A stretch of DNA of 32,000 bases from Candidatus Zixiibacteriota bacterium (GCA_024231855.1 JAAEQD010000223.1:6042-38041), one strand, 5' to 3'; counted from the stretch's first letter, positions 1-8,658 are shown. The notes: generated by a model from the letters alone, not told the origin. Program-made: numbers and translations.

Positions 1-79
1 TTGCCAATCTGCCAATAAGCAGGGCTTCTTCCCTAAATAGCGTGCTTACTAATTCTTCCGATATTTGGTCACTTTTCAT
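1..79 (-). CDS. hypothetical protein, N-terminal part only (runs off the window start)
   Basis: Minus-strand ATG at 79-77 follows a GAGGAG Shine-Dalgarno-like motif about 9 nt upstream. The frame stays open to position 1 (MKSDQISEELVSTLFREEALLIGRLA...). It starts 22 nt after the stop of the 101-898 gene on the same strand. It is not in the ORF track because no stop lies in the window. Confidence 0.35.
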   Translation of the reverse strand, partial: MKSDQISEELVSTLFREEALLIGRLA

Positions 80-100
80 ATTACTTATCTCCTCTACTCT

Positions 101-898
101 TTAAAGGGGGTGTTTATCATGATTTGGGGACAACTTTTTAAGGAAATCTTCAACTTTTTTTACAGCTCGTTGTCGGCGCTTCTTGGCGGCTTCATATCCA
201 ATACCCAGATCAAAAGCAACGTTCTCAAGTGTGTCATTGCGAATAAATGTATTTACCAGTATGTGATAATCTAATTCATCAATCACTCCATGCTTTAAGC
301 ATACCTCGTACTCATTGATATTTTCATAAAATACAATACCAGGGTCTACTTTTATCTTAAATATTTCATCGATTTTATCAACAGTTAGAGATTCGAGACT
401 GGTATCAGTTTTATTGCGCTTAAAATTTGATATGATAGTTTGATAGATATCATGGTAAATATCGTTATATATTTTTAAGGAAATGGGAGCTTTCCTCTCG
501 GATAATTTAATCCTATTTATCACCTTTAAAAATGTTAAATATATATTTTGCCATAGATCATCTAAGTCTCTGTCCCTTATCTGATAAATGAAGGTTAATT
601 TCTTATATATTATTTCAAGAAGAGGCCAGAATATCGCCGTAAGGACAGTAGTCCATCCATCATTTGAGGATTTCTGCATTGTATCAAGGATAGCCCTGAT
701 AATAGTATCAGAATAATTACTGCGCAGTTCATTAACAGGTAGGCTTTCAATCAGTTCTTCCCATGAACCGAATTTCTTGGTATCCGGGTGAAGCCAGTGA
801 AGTCTTGCCAATAAAATCTTGCAAGCCCTCAACTGGCAGAATATTTCTCTCCGAATATTCTCTTTTTGCTTATAAAACGAGTCGTGTTGCTTTTTCAT
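101..898 (-). CDS. sigma-70 family-like protein (divergent, ECF-like; region-4 HTH at the C-terminus)
   Basis: 265-aa ORF. The C-terminal stretch LDYHILVNTFIRNDTLENVAFDLGIGYEAAKKRRQRAVKKVEDFL fits the sigma region 4.2 HTH pattern. DLDDLWQNIYLTFLKVINRI resembles region 2. The assignment is by motif recognition only. Confidence 0.5.
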   Translation of the reverse strand: MKKQHDSFYKQKENIRREIFCQLRACKILLARLHWLHPDTKKFGSWEELIESLPVNELRSNYSDTIIRAILDTMQKSSNDGWTTVLTAIFWPLLEIIYKKLTFIYQIRDRDLDDLWQNIYLTFLKVINRIKLSERKAPISLKIYNDIYHDIYQTIISNFKRNKTDTSLESLTVDKIDEIFKIKVDPGIVFYENINEYEVCLKHGVIDELDYHILVNTFIRNDTLENVAFDLGIGYEAAKKRRQRAVKKVEDFLKKLSPNHDKHPL

Positions 899-987
899 GC
901 AACACTACTTTATTAACTAAAATGGTAAGATTGGGGTATTATACAGGTAATTTATAGGGAAGATTTAGGTAAGGCGTAACTTGTTGA

Positions 988-2034
988 TTAACTTATTATT
1001 GGTTCGATTAAACAGTATTTGAAATCTTGGGGCGGAGAAAACTCGAATCCTTTATATTCTGCTTCAATGTTTTTTTGCGGTTTAAAACAAATCCAGTTCT
1101 GTTTTCCAATCCTCACGTCAACTTTTTTTCTGGCATTTTTAAAATGCTGTAAGGCTGCTCTATAAGAGTTAGTATGGTTTTTCAAGGCTGTCATTGGACG
1201 CATAACCCCTTTATTTGTTATGTATTCCCTTAACAACATATATTCGGAAAACGTTAGTGTTACAGGCCCAATTAATTTGTCATTCTCTTTATGCCAAGCT
1301 TGGCTCGTGCATCCATCTATAAAAATATCGTAATCATCAATCGAACCTTTTAGTTCTTGATAGCCTTCTCGCCTTTTACTGTGTGTTTCATCACGAGTAA
1401 TAACCGTGCAGTATTGTTTAATCGGTGTCGGGGGGGCTTTCGGGCCATCGGATTGAGCTTGAATTGATTGTTTATTCTTGTCTGATACCTCCTGTTTTTG
1501 AACAGCGATATCTTTCTTTGCATTGTTAAATTGAAACCATTCCTTTATCATCTTAACATCTTCAATATATGATTCAGCAACTTCAATAAGAAATCTTCTA
1601 TCCTTATCTGAACAAATTTCATGTTTATCTATTTTAATTAATTTTACAGGAGGAAATAATATTTTAATGTAGTCATTAATATCTTTAGTGTAATCTGCTG
1701 GTAATTCCGGAATGTTCATATTTAAAAATTGCTTTAAATTTCTACTGACTCCTTTCAAACTTTTCAACATCAGATTATATTCTTCATTGCTGATTTTAAG
1801 ATATTGTTCTATAAGTAAGTTTCTTACTCTACCGGGTCTGCTTAGGTAAAGATTCCTCGCAAGATCATTACCCCCCTTAAGTAAATACTTGAGAGAAGAG
1901 AACGATGCATAACGACTAATCTCGTAGAACTGGTATTGCGGGTTAGATTCAAATCTGGGAAGGTGCTCTGTCAAGGAATCAATAAATAGATCAATAAAAA
2001 ATACCAATTCATTTTCGATATTATCTTTTTCCAT
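988..2034 (-). CDS. hypothetical protein, possible C-terminal winged-helix DNA-binding domain
   Basis: 348-aa ORF with a GGGGA motif about 9 nt before the ATG, in the same operon orientation as 101-898. The C-terminal part (VTLTFSEYMLLREYITNKGVMRPMTAL...YRAALQHFKNARKKVDVRIG...YKGFEF) loosely resembles OmpR/PhoB-type wHTH. The N-terminal 250 aa are not recognised. Confidence 0.6.
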   Translation of the reverse strand: MEKDNIENELVFFIDLFIDSLTEHLPRFESNPQYQFYEISRYASFSSLKYLLKGGNDLARNLYLSRPGRVRNLLIEQYLKISNEEYNLMLKSLKGVSRNLKQFLNMNIPELPADYTKDINDYIKILFPPVKLIKIDKHEICSDKDRRFLIEVAESYIEDVKMIKEWFQFNNAKKDIAVQKQEVSDKNKQSIQAQSDGPKAPPTPIKQYCTVITRDETHSKRREGYQELKGSIDDYDIFIDGCTSQAWHKENDKLIGPVTLTFSEYMLLREYITNKGVMRPMTALKNHTNSYRAALQHFKNARKKVDVRIGKQNWICFKPQKNIEAEYKGFEFSPPQDFKYCLIEPIIS

Positions 2035-2067
2035 TAATGATTCCCCACATGAGCAATCTTAGCCATC

Positions 2068-2096
2068 ATTTAATTCGCCTAATCCGATAATTGCAA
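2068..2096 (-). promoter_or_regulatory. putative sigma-70-type promoter for the 2034->101 operon
   Basis: On the minus strand: TTGCAA (2096-2091), 17 nt, TTAAAT (2073-2068), about 35 nt upstream of the ATG at 2034. Consensus match only. Confidence 0.3.
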
Positions 2097-2431
2097 TATA
2101 AGGATTTAATAGCAAATAAAAATAAAATTTCTTGTCCCCTGATCCATCAAAATACCCCCTTTATAATAGTAGAGGGTATGATGAAGGATTTAGGAACAGC
2201 AATAAATACGAAAAGGGCAACCAGATTATCGGTGGTTTGCTCCCAACCAACGCACTCCCAACAAGACCACCTCGAGAACGCCCTGAGAACCTACGCCACC
2301 TGGCTGGTCCGGGCTGCAGGCCGAAAAATGGCCGATTCTACGCCCGATAATAGCCCCATAATTGACTTGACTTCCGAGGGGAATAAGTGCAGTAATGCGT
2401 TGGTAGATAACGGATTAAGCGGAGGAGACCA

Positions 2432-2605
2432 ATGATCATAAAACGCCATAACAGGAAAGCTTATATTGGCCGAGATCCTATAATTAGCTGGTTCGCGGCT
2501 GATGCAAGAGGGAACTTGCTGGATTTCGATGTTAAATCGCGGAAGGAAATAACTCAATCATTAATCGAAATGGGTTTCAGACCGGAGAATATTAACAATC
2601 AATGA
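2432..2605 (+). CDS. small hypothetical protein (57 aa), translationally coupled to the serine recombinase
   Basis: ATG at 2432 with GGAGGAG at 2421-2427. Translation: MIIKRHNRKAYIGRDPIISWFAADARGNLLDFDVKSRKEITQSLIEMGFRPENINNQ. Its TGA (2603-2605) overlaps the recombinase ATG (2602-2604) as ATGA. It is below the ORF-track size cutoff. Confidence 0.45.
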   Translation: MIIKRHNRKAYIGRDPIISWFAADARGNLLDFDVKSRKEITQSLIEMGFRPENINNQ

Positions 2606-4530
2606 AATCTGCTGTGAAGACATCAATCGGTTTTAAACCGGCGGTTGGCTATCTGCGAAGATCCACCGACAGGCAGGAGCAGTCAATTGGCGATCAGAAG
2701 AAAGCGATTGAATTGTATGCCCTTACCGCCGGATACGAGTTGGTGGATTTCTATATTGATGACGCTATCAGTGGAGCCTCCTCGGAAGGCAGGGCTTCGT
2801 TTTTAAGGCTTATAGAAGATTCCAAACATAAAGACTGCCCATTTCAATATGTTCTGGTTTATGATGTTAAGCGGTTCGGCAGGGTCGATAACGATGAAGC
2901 CGGATTTTACAGATATCAGCTTCGCCGGAAAGGTATCGAGATAGTATATGTCTCCGAGGGCTTCAACGGTAATGATACCGATGATTTGCTTCGGCCTGTC
3001 AAACAGTGGCAAGCTCGACAAGAATTGAAGGACTTATCCAAGGTGGTTATCCGGGGATTGCTAACCAGAAGTGAGGGCGGCTGGTGGATGGGTGGTGTTC
3101 CTCCATATGGTTATGATCTCGCTTATTACAACAGCTCCGGAGATTTTATCTGCATCGTCAGATTCATGGAGGATGGTTCGCGGAATATTTATGACGCCGA
3201 GGGCAGCCTTCAAAGGGCCATACCGAAGGGTGAGAGTTTAGCATTGTCCAGAAAGGATCGCTGTCGATTAGTATCGAGCTCACCAGATCGGGTTGAAGTT
3301 ATAAAGAATATTTTTGACTTGTATTTAATAGAAGGTTTAGGCTATAAAGGAATCTCCCATCGACTCAACAGAAACAATATCCCCTCGCCTCGATGTAAAA
3401 CAAAAGGTAACGGCAAGCTAAGCCAATGGGCCAGCACGACGATTATGGCCATGCTGAAGAATCCGGCTTACACCGGAGATATGACGTGGAATAAAAAAAG
3501 CTACGCCAAGTTTCACCGGATCTCGGATAAGCGAGCTCTGGCCATGAAAAACCTGCCCGGTAATGAAGTATACCATAACAGCGAAGAGGACTGGATCGTT
3601 CACAAGGATGCTCATCCTGAATTAATTGCGCGGGACAGATATAACCGAGTCCAGGCGAAGATTAGGGCAACCGCTAAACATGGTTACGCCAACTCCTACC
3701 GATGCGGCAACGGGGCTAAATCACCATACTTGCTGGTAGGTTTGATTAAATGTATGAACTGCGGTCACAACTGGACCGGTCATAAAGCCATCAAAGGCAG
3801 AAAAAGATTAGATGGTTCAAACGCTGCATATTATTCCTATACTTGTAACGGCTATATAAGCAAAGGTAATTCTGTTTGTAATTTGAATGCTATCCCCAAA
3901 GATGCAATTGAAGTCTGGGTGATGGAAGTCATCGGCCAGATGTTAATAGAATACTTCGATTCTGATAATCTAAAAATATTACGCCGAATGGTCGAGCAGG
4001 AGATAAATGCTCTTATACCAGATATTGGAGCTGAACTCGATCAAATCGAACATCGCTTGGCTGAAATTACCAAAGCAATCACCAACCTCATCGATAATAT
4101 TAGCGATGTCAACCGTGAATTTGTCGATAAGCGGATTACCGAGCTGAAGCGGGAGATGATTGAATTGGAAAAGCGAAAAGCACAGTGTGAATCGGCAGGC
4201 GAAAAGAGATTGGAAACCGAGCGGATTATTGATGAAGCGATGGCTATGGCCGGGGATTTCAAACAGGTACTTGCCGAGGGATCGGTTGAAGAGAAGCGAT
4301 TATTTATCCGGGCTTTTTTAACAGGCATCAATTTAGATCCGCGGACCGGGGAGGGGGAAGCGCGATTTATACTGCTTCCGGGTCTGAATAAACTGTGGCA
4401 GCCTCAAAATCTGCCGGAATTGTATGAAAATCCTGCCAAACAGGCACAAAAAAATCCCGAAATCCGGGAAATGTCTTCACGGTTGGTAGTAGCGGCGCAG
4501 GGACTTGAACCCCGGACACGTGGATTATGA
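2602..4530 (+). CDS. large serine recombinase (resolvase/invertase N-domain + recombinase domain + zinc ribbon + coiled coil)
   Basis: 642 aa. The N-terminus VGYLRRSTDRQEQSIGDQKKAI...YVLVYDVKRFGR is the serine-recombinase catalytic domain. A Cys cluster (CMNCGHNW...YTCNGY...CN) is followed by a long coiled-coil-like region. The last 13 codons (VVAAQGLEPRTRGL*) are encoded by the antisense of the tRNA-Met 3' fragment. Confidence 0.9.
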   Translation: MKSAVKTSIGFKPAVGYLRRSTDRQEQSIGDQKKAIELYALTAGYELVDFYIDDAISGASSEGRASFLRLIEDSKHKDCPFQYVLVYDVKRFGRVDNDEAGFYRYQLRRKGIEIVYVSEGFNGNDTDDLLRPVKQWQARQELKDLSKVVIRGLLTRSEGGWWMGGVPPYGYDLAYYNSSGDFICIVRFMEDGSRNIYDAEGSLQRAIPKGESLALSRKDRCRLVSSSPDRVEVIKNIFDLYLIEGLGYKGISHRLNRNNIPSPRCKTKGNGKLSQWASTTIMAMLKNPAYTGDMTWNKKSYAKFHRISDKRALAMKNLPGNEVYHNSEEDWIVHKDAHPELIARDRYNRVQAKIRATAKHGYANSYRCGNGAKSPYLLVGLIKCMNCGHNWTGHKAIKGRKRLDGSNAAYYSYTCNGYISKGNSVCNLNAIPKDAIEVWVMEVIGQMLIEYFDSDNLKILRRMVEQEINALIPDIGAELDQIEHRLAEITKAITNLIDNISDVNREFVDKRITELKREMIELEKRKAQCESAGEKRLETERIIDEAMAMAGDFKQVLAEGSVEEKRLFIRAFLTGINLDPRTGEGEARFILLPGLNKLWQPQNLPELYENPAKQAQKNPEIREMSSRLVVAAQGLEPRTRGL

Positions 4531-4532
4531 TT
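4490..4532 (-). repeat. 43-bp direct repeat, a displaced copy of the 3' part (anticodon loop to 3' end) of tRNA-Met; att-like site
   Basis: tagcggcgcagggacttgaaccccggacacgtggattatgatt at 4490-4532 is identical to 9150-9192. The flanks differ at 4489 vs 9149 (g/a) and 4533 vs 9193 (t/c). There is no tRNA 5' half next to this copy. Confidence 0.95.
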
Positions 4533-4998
4533 TCTCGGACGGGATTTTCACTAACTCGTTACGGTTAAGCCCATTGCATTGGCCCACAAGGAATTAGCTC
4601 ATTTCCGACCTACACTTTTCAACACCAGAAAGCACCAGAGAACACCACAAATATACCACTGACTGTTGTCGTATTGTTAACGCGGAGGAAATCTCTTTGC
4701 TCATATGCCTTTTTGGCACGGTAGGCTATGACGGGATACACCCCAGACCATGTGAATGCAGCCAGTTGTGATACTCAAGGTCTAGTTTTCCGCGTAAAAC
4801 CACCAGATCATCCCAGTAAGCCACCGGGAGCGCTCTGTCACATTTTGAACTTACAAATGCATCACGTCAAGGGAACAGTGAAAAATTGTCTGTCCCGTAA
4901 ATTATTAACTCTTTATCATTACTCGATATACACTTTCTGAGGGGTTGATATTTGATCATATATTTTATCGGATTGATTACAATTATATTATAATTTTG

Positions 4999-5652
4999 TT
5001 AAACTCTGTTCCACTGCATCCAACCGTAGATAATTGTCAATGCCAAGGTGTAGACCAGGAGAACATAAAACCACTTTCCGGCAAATTTAGGCGTTCGTAC
5101 AGGTGCTAAATTAAACAATGGAAATACCATCAATAGTACATAAAGGATTATTGAAAAAACTGTATGATTAATAAAACCTTCAAACAAAAACACAAAAGCA
5201 AGAATAATAATATTGTTGTCTAGTGCCAGTCCCATGTAGGTTTTATTGTCAATCAGGCCGAAAATGTTGAAATAGCTCAATCGTATAACACTGGTAGCGA
5301 CAATAAGAAATGCTCCTGGTAGGAACCATGGACTGAACTTACCATAGCTTAAGAGAAAAATAGCGGGGAATACTCCAAAACTTACAATATCTATCAATGA
5401 ATCGAGCTGGCCTCCAAAAGCCCTATGGTGATCTGTTCGTCCCGTAATTTGTTGAGCAATGAATCCGTCAGCCCAGTCAAATAAAACCGCCCACAGAATT
5501 CCAATTATCGCAACTGGGAAATTGCCCAAAATAGCATAGTAAATACCAAGCATTGCACATAAGAGGCCTGCAAGCGAACAGATATTGGGAAGATCCCTGG
5601 CAAAAGAAAGCATTGTGGGTTGATGTGGTTGTTGAGGCTCGGGATTTGTCAT
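4999..5652 (-). CDS. CDP-alcohol phosphatidyltransferase family membrane protein
   Basis: 217 aa, polytopic and hydrophobic. The family signature is present as DWADGFIAQ...GGQLDSLIDIV (DG..A[R->Q]...G...D...D), with a longer spacer than the canonical x8. Confidence 0.8.
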   Translation of the reverse strand: MTNPEPQQPHQPTMLSFARDLPNICSLAGLLCAMLGIYYAILGNFPVAIIGILWAVLFDWADGFIAQQITGRTDHHRAFGGQLDSLIDIVSFGVFPAIFLLSYGKFSPWFLPGAFLIVATSVIRLSYFNIFGLIDNKTYMGLALDNNIIILAFVFLFEGFINHTVFSIILYVLLMVFPLFNLAPVRTPKFAGKWFYVLLVYTLALTIIYGWMQWNRV

Positions 5653-5656
5653 TATT

Positions 5657-6772
5657 TTATACTTTTCCGTTTTTTAAGTCCATTACATCAATTAATGCTT
5701 CAACTAATTTACAATTCTCTGCTTCTGTGCGGCTGGCAATCCGAAGATAACGATTAGAATCCGGTTGAGTTTTGCCCACACAATCCTTTATGTACATATT
5801 ATATTCAATAAATAATTTTTTCGTAATTTCAGGAGCGCTTTGCACATAATCGGGCAGGCGACAGAAAATAAAGTTTGCAGCAGGTTTAAAAACAATCATA
5901 CCTTCTATTCCACAAAGTTTTTTATACAGACTGTCTCTGTCGGCTCGAACTTGTTCACAACTTTCAATAAATTCCCGTTTGTAATCGGGTAAAAGCCGCA
6001 GAAACTCTTCTGCAAATCCGTTAATATTCCAAATATGCACGCCGTTTCTTACAGCTTCAGCGAATTTAGAATTTGCAGTCAACATATAACCGATCCTAAG
6101 TCCGCAGATACCGTAGGCTTTACTCATGCTTTTAAAAATTGCCATATTCGGGTAATTCTCGATTTCTTGTCCCAAGCTTATTTGATCAGGATTCTCTGCA
6201 AAATCTAAAAAAGATTCGTCTATAATCAGCATACAGCTATGTGTTTCAAGTTCTTTTGCAAGCCAAATGAGATCGGGCTTGGGAATTAACATTGATGTAG
6301 GATTATTCGGTGTTACCACAACCGCTACATCAGCTTTTACTCTGATCGCTTCCGTAACAAATCTATCTACATCCAACTGGAAAGATGGGAACTCAAGCGG
6401 AAATTCGACTACCTGGCCTGAAGGCGCGGCATTGACATATTCATTGAAAGAAGGCACGGGAACGATTAACTTACATGATATGTGACCGGATACTATTTTT
6501 ATTAATTCAGAAGCTCCGTTTCCTACAACAATTCTTTTAGTGGGTTGGTCAATTATTTTGCCAATAAGCTCAGCAAGAGCATCTTGTGCCACCGGATAAT
6601 TTAGAACAAGGTCGTGAATTTGATCTTTAAAATCTGTAAAAATAGCCTCCGGCGGGAAATAAAGATTGTAAAGATAGGCATGATCTATAAAATTATGCCG
6701 ATAGTAACCACCGTGTTGACTAGAGATGAATTTGTATTTTTCAGATTGATTCTTATAATTATTTTGTGACAT
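5657..6772 (-). CDS. class I/II PLP-dependent aminotransferase-fold enzyme (HisC/CobD-like; transaminase or phospho-amino-acid decarboxylase)
   Basis: 371 aa. Motifs: VVGNGASELI, VVVTPNNPTS, and FKSMSKAYGICGLRIGY (PLP lysine motif typical of the HisC/CobD subfamily). It lies 4 nt upstream of the CDP-alcohol transferase gene. Confidence 0.8.
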   Translation of the reverse strand: MSQNNYKNQSEKYKFISSQHGGYYRHNFIDHAYLYNLYFPPEAIFTDFKDQIHDLVLNYPVAQDALAELIGKIIDQPTKRIVVGNGASELIKIVSGHISCKLIVPVPSFNEYVNAAPSGQVVEFPLEFPSFQLDVDRFVTEAIRVKADVAVVVTPNNPTSMLIPKPDLIWLAKELETHSCMLIIDESFLDFAENPDQISLGQEIENYPNMAIFKSMSKAYGICGLRIGYMLTANSKFAEAVRNGVHIWNINGFAEEFLRLLPDYKREFIESCEQVRADRDSLYKKLCGIEGMIVFKPAANFIFCRLPDYVQSAPEITKKLFIEYNMYIKDCVGKTQPDSNRYLRIASRTEAENCKLVEALIDVMDLKNGKV

Positions 6773-6825
6773 TTAAGACACCAGTTGTTTCCTGGGGGGA
6801 TGTTACAGCACTGATTAATTGCATG

Positions 6826-7626
6826 TTAAAAAATATCGGGATGTGATAGAGTAACAACCTTCGCGGTCATATAATTATCTGATGAAAATAGTTTTTCAGC
6901 CTTTGTCAAATCTTCGATAGTGTCTATTTCATACCATGGCTTGCTATCAAAAGAGACCATTTCAAAAGAGAGGCTGCCATCAGCAATCATATCCTTAAAT
7001 ATGGTTTCATAATAGTCATTTACTTCGCCCACTGAAATACGCTTGTCTAATTTTTTTATAATACGATGCCACGAAGCAAGTGAAATGCTATAAATATTAA
7101 CTGTCTTGTATTTGATTTCACCAAAAGAGTCCTCATTTTCCGTCAAAAATGCTTTAACCCGATGAAATTTATTGATTGTTACACATGTTCCATTCATCCA
7201 GTATTGCATCTTTGCAACAGCTATTCTGTCAGGATATAGCATGGCCTCCAGAAGTGATTTATCAAAAACAAGATCACTTTCGAGTAGCAGAAATGGCTCA
7301 TTTATAACTTCACGTGCCATCCAGAGAGAATAGATATTATTGGTCGTCTCGTATAACGGACTGAAAATATAATCGATTGCGATGTCGCCGGCCCGATTTC
7401 CTAGAAAATCCCTAATATGGTTCTGCTGATATCCTGTAACCACGACCAGCCGCTTGAAACCATGCTGATTCAGATTGGAGATTAGCCGTTCGAGTATCGA
7501 CTTGCCATTAACCATTGTTAGGCATTTTGGAGCATTCTGCGTCAAAGGATAAAGACGGCTACCTATTCCGGCTGCAAGAAGTAATGCTGTGGTTACCTGT
7601 TCTCTCTGGCGAAAGCTATTGTTCAA
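6826..7626 (-). CDS. LicC-like nucleotidyltransferase (putative phospho-alcohol cytidylyltransferase)
   Basis: 266 aa with a TTG start and a GGAAAGGA motif upstream. Motifs: LLLAAGIGSRLYPLTQNAPKCL (NTP-transferase G-loop), NNIYSLW, and the C-terminal WYEIDTIEDL. These parallel pneumococcal LicC motifs recalled from memory. Confidence 0.75.
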   Translation of the reverse strand: MNNSFRQREQVTTALLLAAGIGSRLYPLTQNAPKCLTMVNGKSILERLISNLNQHGFKRLVVVTGYQQNHIRDFLGNRAGDIAIDYIFSPLYETTNNIYSLWMAREVINEPFLLLESDLVFDKSLLEAMLYPDRIAVAKMQYWMNGTCVTINKFHRVKAFLTENEDSFGEIKYKTVNIYSISLASWHRIIKKLDKRISVGEVNDYYETIFKDMIADGSLSFEMVSFDSKPWYEIDTIEDLTKAEKLFSSDNYMTAKVVTLSHPDIF

Positions 7627-7745
7627 ATTTAAATCCTTTCCTTCTGCGTATATTACGGAGGAAATCTAGTCCACGGCCTCACAAATTATCAAGCAAGTAT
7701 TTACATTAGGAATATAACTAATATAATACAACACTTGTACATCGC

Positions 7746-7774
7746 AATGTAGTCTATTGAATAATTAATGTCAA
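7746..7774 (-). promoter_or_regulatory. putative sigma-70-type promoter for the 7626->4999 cassette
   Basis: On the minus strand: TTGACA (7774-7769), 17 nt, TACATT (7751-7746), about 120 nt upstream of the TTG start at 7626. Consensus match only. Confidence 0.3.
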
Positions 7775-7895
7775 CAAGATTTAAGGAAAAGGCAAAATGC
7801 CGGCCGTCTGCCATTCTCTCTTCCAAAGCATATTAGACCTAACTAGCCCAATTTTCCCTGCGTCTCTTTCTAACAATTTTCTAACATAACAAGCC

Positions 7896-7960
7896 ATAAC
7901 ACCAGACAATAGGCCCAAGTTAAGTTGTTGCTGTTATTGCCTATTAGTGTCTGGTGTTAT
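7896..7960. repeat. long imperfect inverted repeat / hairpin in non-coding DNA
   Basis: Left arm ataacaccagacaataggc (7896-7914). Right arm gcctattagtgtctggtgttat (7939-7960), which is the reverse complement with a 2-nt bulge. A 24-nt loop separates them. Weaker complementarity (ctaaca.../...tgttag) extends the stem to about 7880-7970. Confidence 0.7.
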
Positions 7961-8101
7961 CTGTTGTTAGGACTTTTGAACAAGATCCATACCCGAAGGT
8001 CGGGGGGCAAAGCGGGTTGTGAGTATATTAATATATTTTGGGACAATCTAATTGGGCTGATAATTTAGATATCCGTCTTAGCCCTTTACAAAACGATTGA
8101 T

Positions 8102-8385
8102 TTAAGGCAGCTCACCAGGGCGGCAGTAAATCTCATGGTCGCACCGGTTTTCCGCTTCGGTACGATCATCGATGTCTTCGAATTTAATCCCAAAGCGACT
8201 ACCGAGCTGTTTGACATATTCAATTTTACTATGGTGAGAAAATTTCTGAGATTCGATTACAACCGGCAGCCCCCGGCGAAAACTGAGACTTTTGTTCCGA
8301 AAAGGCTTAACGACCTATTCTCCCTTTAAGCCCCGGGATTTTTGAATTAACCCAGGGCGATCAGGGTATTTTTATCGGGGCTCAC
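8102..8385 (-). pseudogene. rimM: rimM remnant (N-terminal domain only; frameshift, in-frame TAG, 3' truncation)
   Basis: The GTG at 8385 gives VSPDKNTLIALG* in one frame. The homology continues in another frame as GLIQKSRGLKGE*VVKPF...GIKFEDIDDRTEAENRCDHEIYCRPGELP*, matching the RimM pattern G.I...hGlkGEv.V and KfeGvdDRt.AE.L.g.ei.v....LP. The frame change sits at a tt run where ttt would restore it. The PRC-barrel half is absent. Confidence 0.7.
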
Positions 8386-8386
8386 A

Positions 8387-8617
8387 TTAATCCAGTATCT
8401 CCAGCAAAGCCCTTTTACCTTTCTTGGCTGAACCAGCGGCTATTAGTGTTCTGATAGCCTTAGCGGTCTGTCCTTTGCGTCCAATAACCTTTCCCAGGTC
8501 TTCCTGAGCAACTCTTAACTCGTAGACCGTTGTCTTTTCACCCTCAACCTCTGAGACTTTGACATTATCCGGGTGGTCAACCAGAGCACGAGCGATGTTT
8601 TCGATGAATTCCTTCAT
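8387..8617 (-). CDS. KH-domain RNA-binding protein (YlqC/UPF0109 family)
   Basis: 76 aa. [36 protein letters not shown] contains the KH GxxG loop (GRKG). It holds the usual position between rpsP and rimM. Confidence 0.85.
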   Translation of the reverse strand: MKEFIENIARALVDHPDNVKVSEVEGEKTTVYELRVAQEDLGKVIGRKGQTAKAIRTLIAAGSAKKGKRALLEILD

Positions 8618-8658
8618 ATTCGCCTCCTTCTACTGATAGCGGTACAGTGTGAGCTTCT

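Larger units (their letters stand above)
1..4532. mobile_element. AT-rich integrative island A (LSR-bearing), tRNA-Met-associated; left end outside the window
   Basis: An LSR gene abuts and overlaps a tRNA-Met 3' fragment. The cargo (sigma-like protein, unknowns) is visibly AT-richer than the core block. The extent to the left is unknown. Confidence 0.55.

Noticed and set aside
2091-2557. Three mutually overlapping ORFs (114, 72 and 88 aa) in the spacer upstream of the LSR module
   Set aside because: They occupy three frames of the same DNA, lack RBS and motifs, and arise from the local GC-rich composition. The region is kept only as a non-coding curiosity.
4683-4694. The 12-mer cggaggaaatct shared with 7656-7667, as a possible element terminus or regulatory motif
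   Set aside because: A single shared 12-mer in 32 kb is within chance expectation, and the flanks show no further similarity.
4728-4940. 70-aa ORF in the non-coding stretch right of the 43-bp repeat
   Set aside because: It has no RBS and no recognisable motifs, and it sits in a region without coding-like periodicity. It may be remnant DNA, but I cannot assign it.
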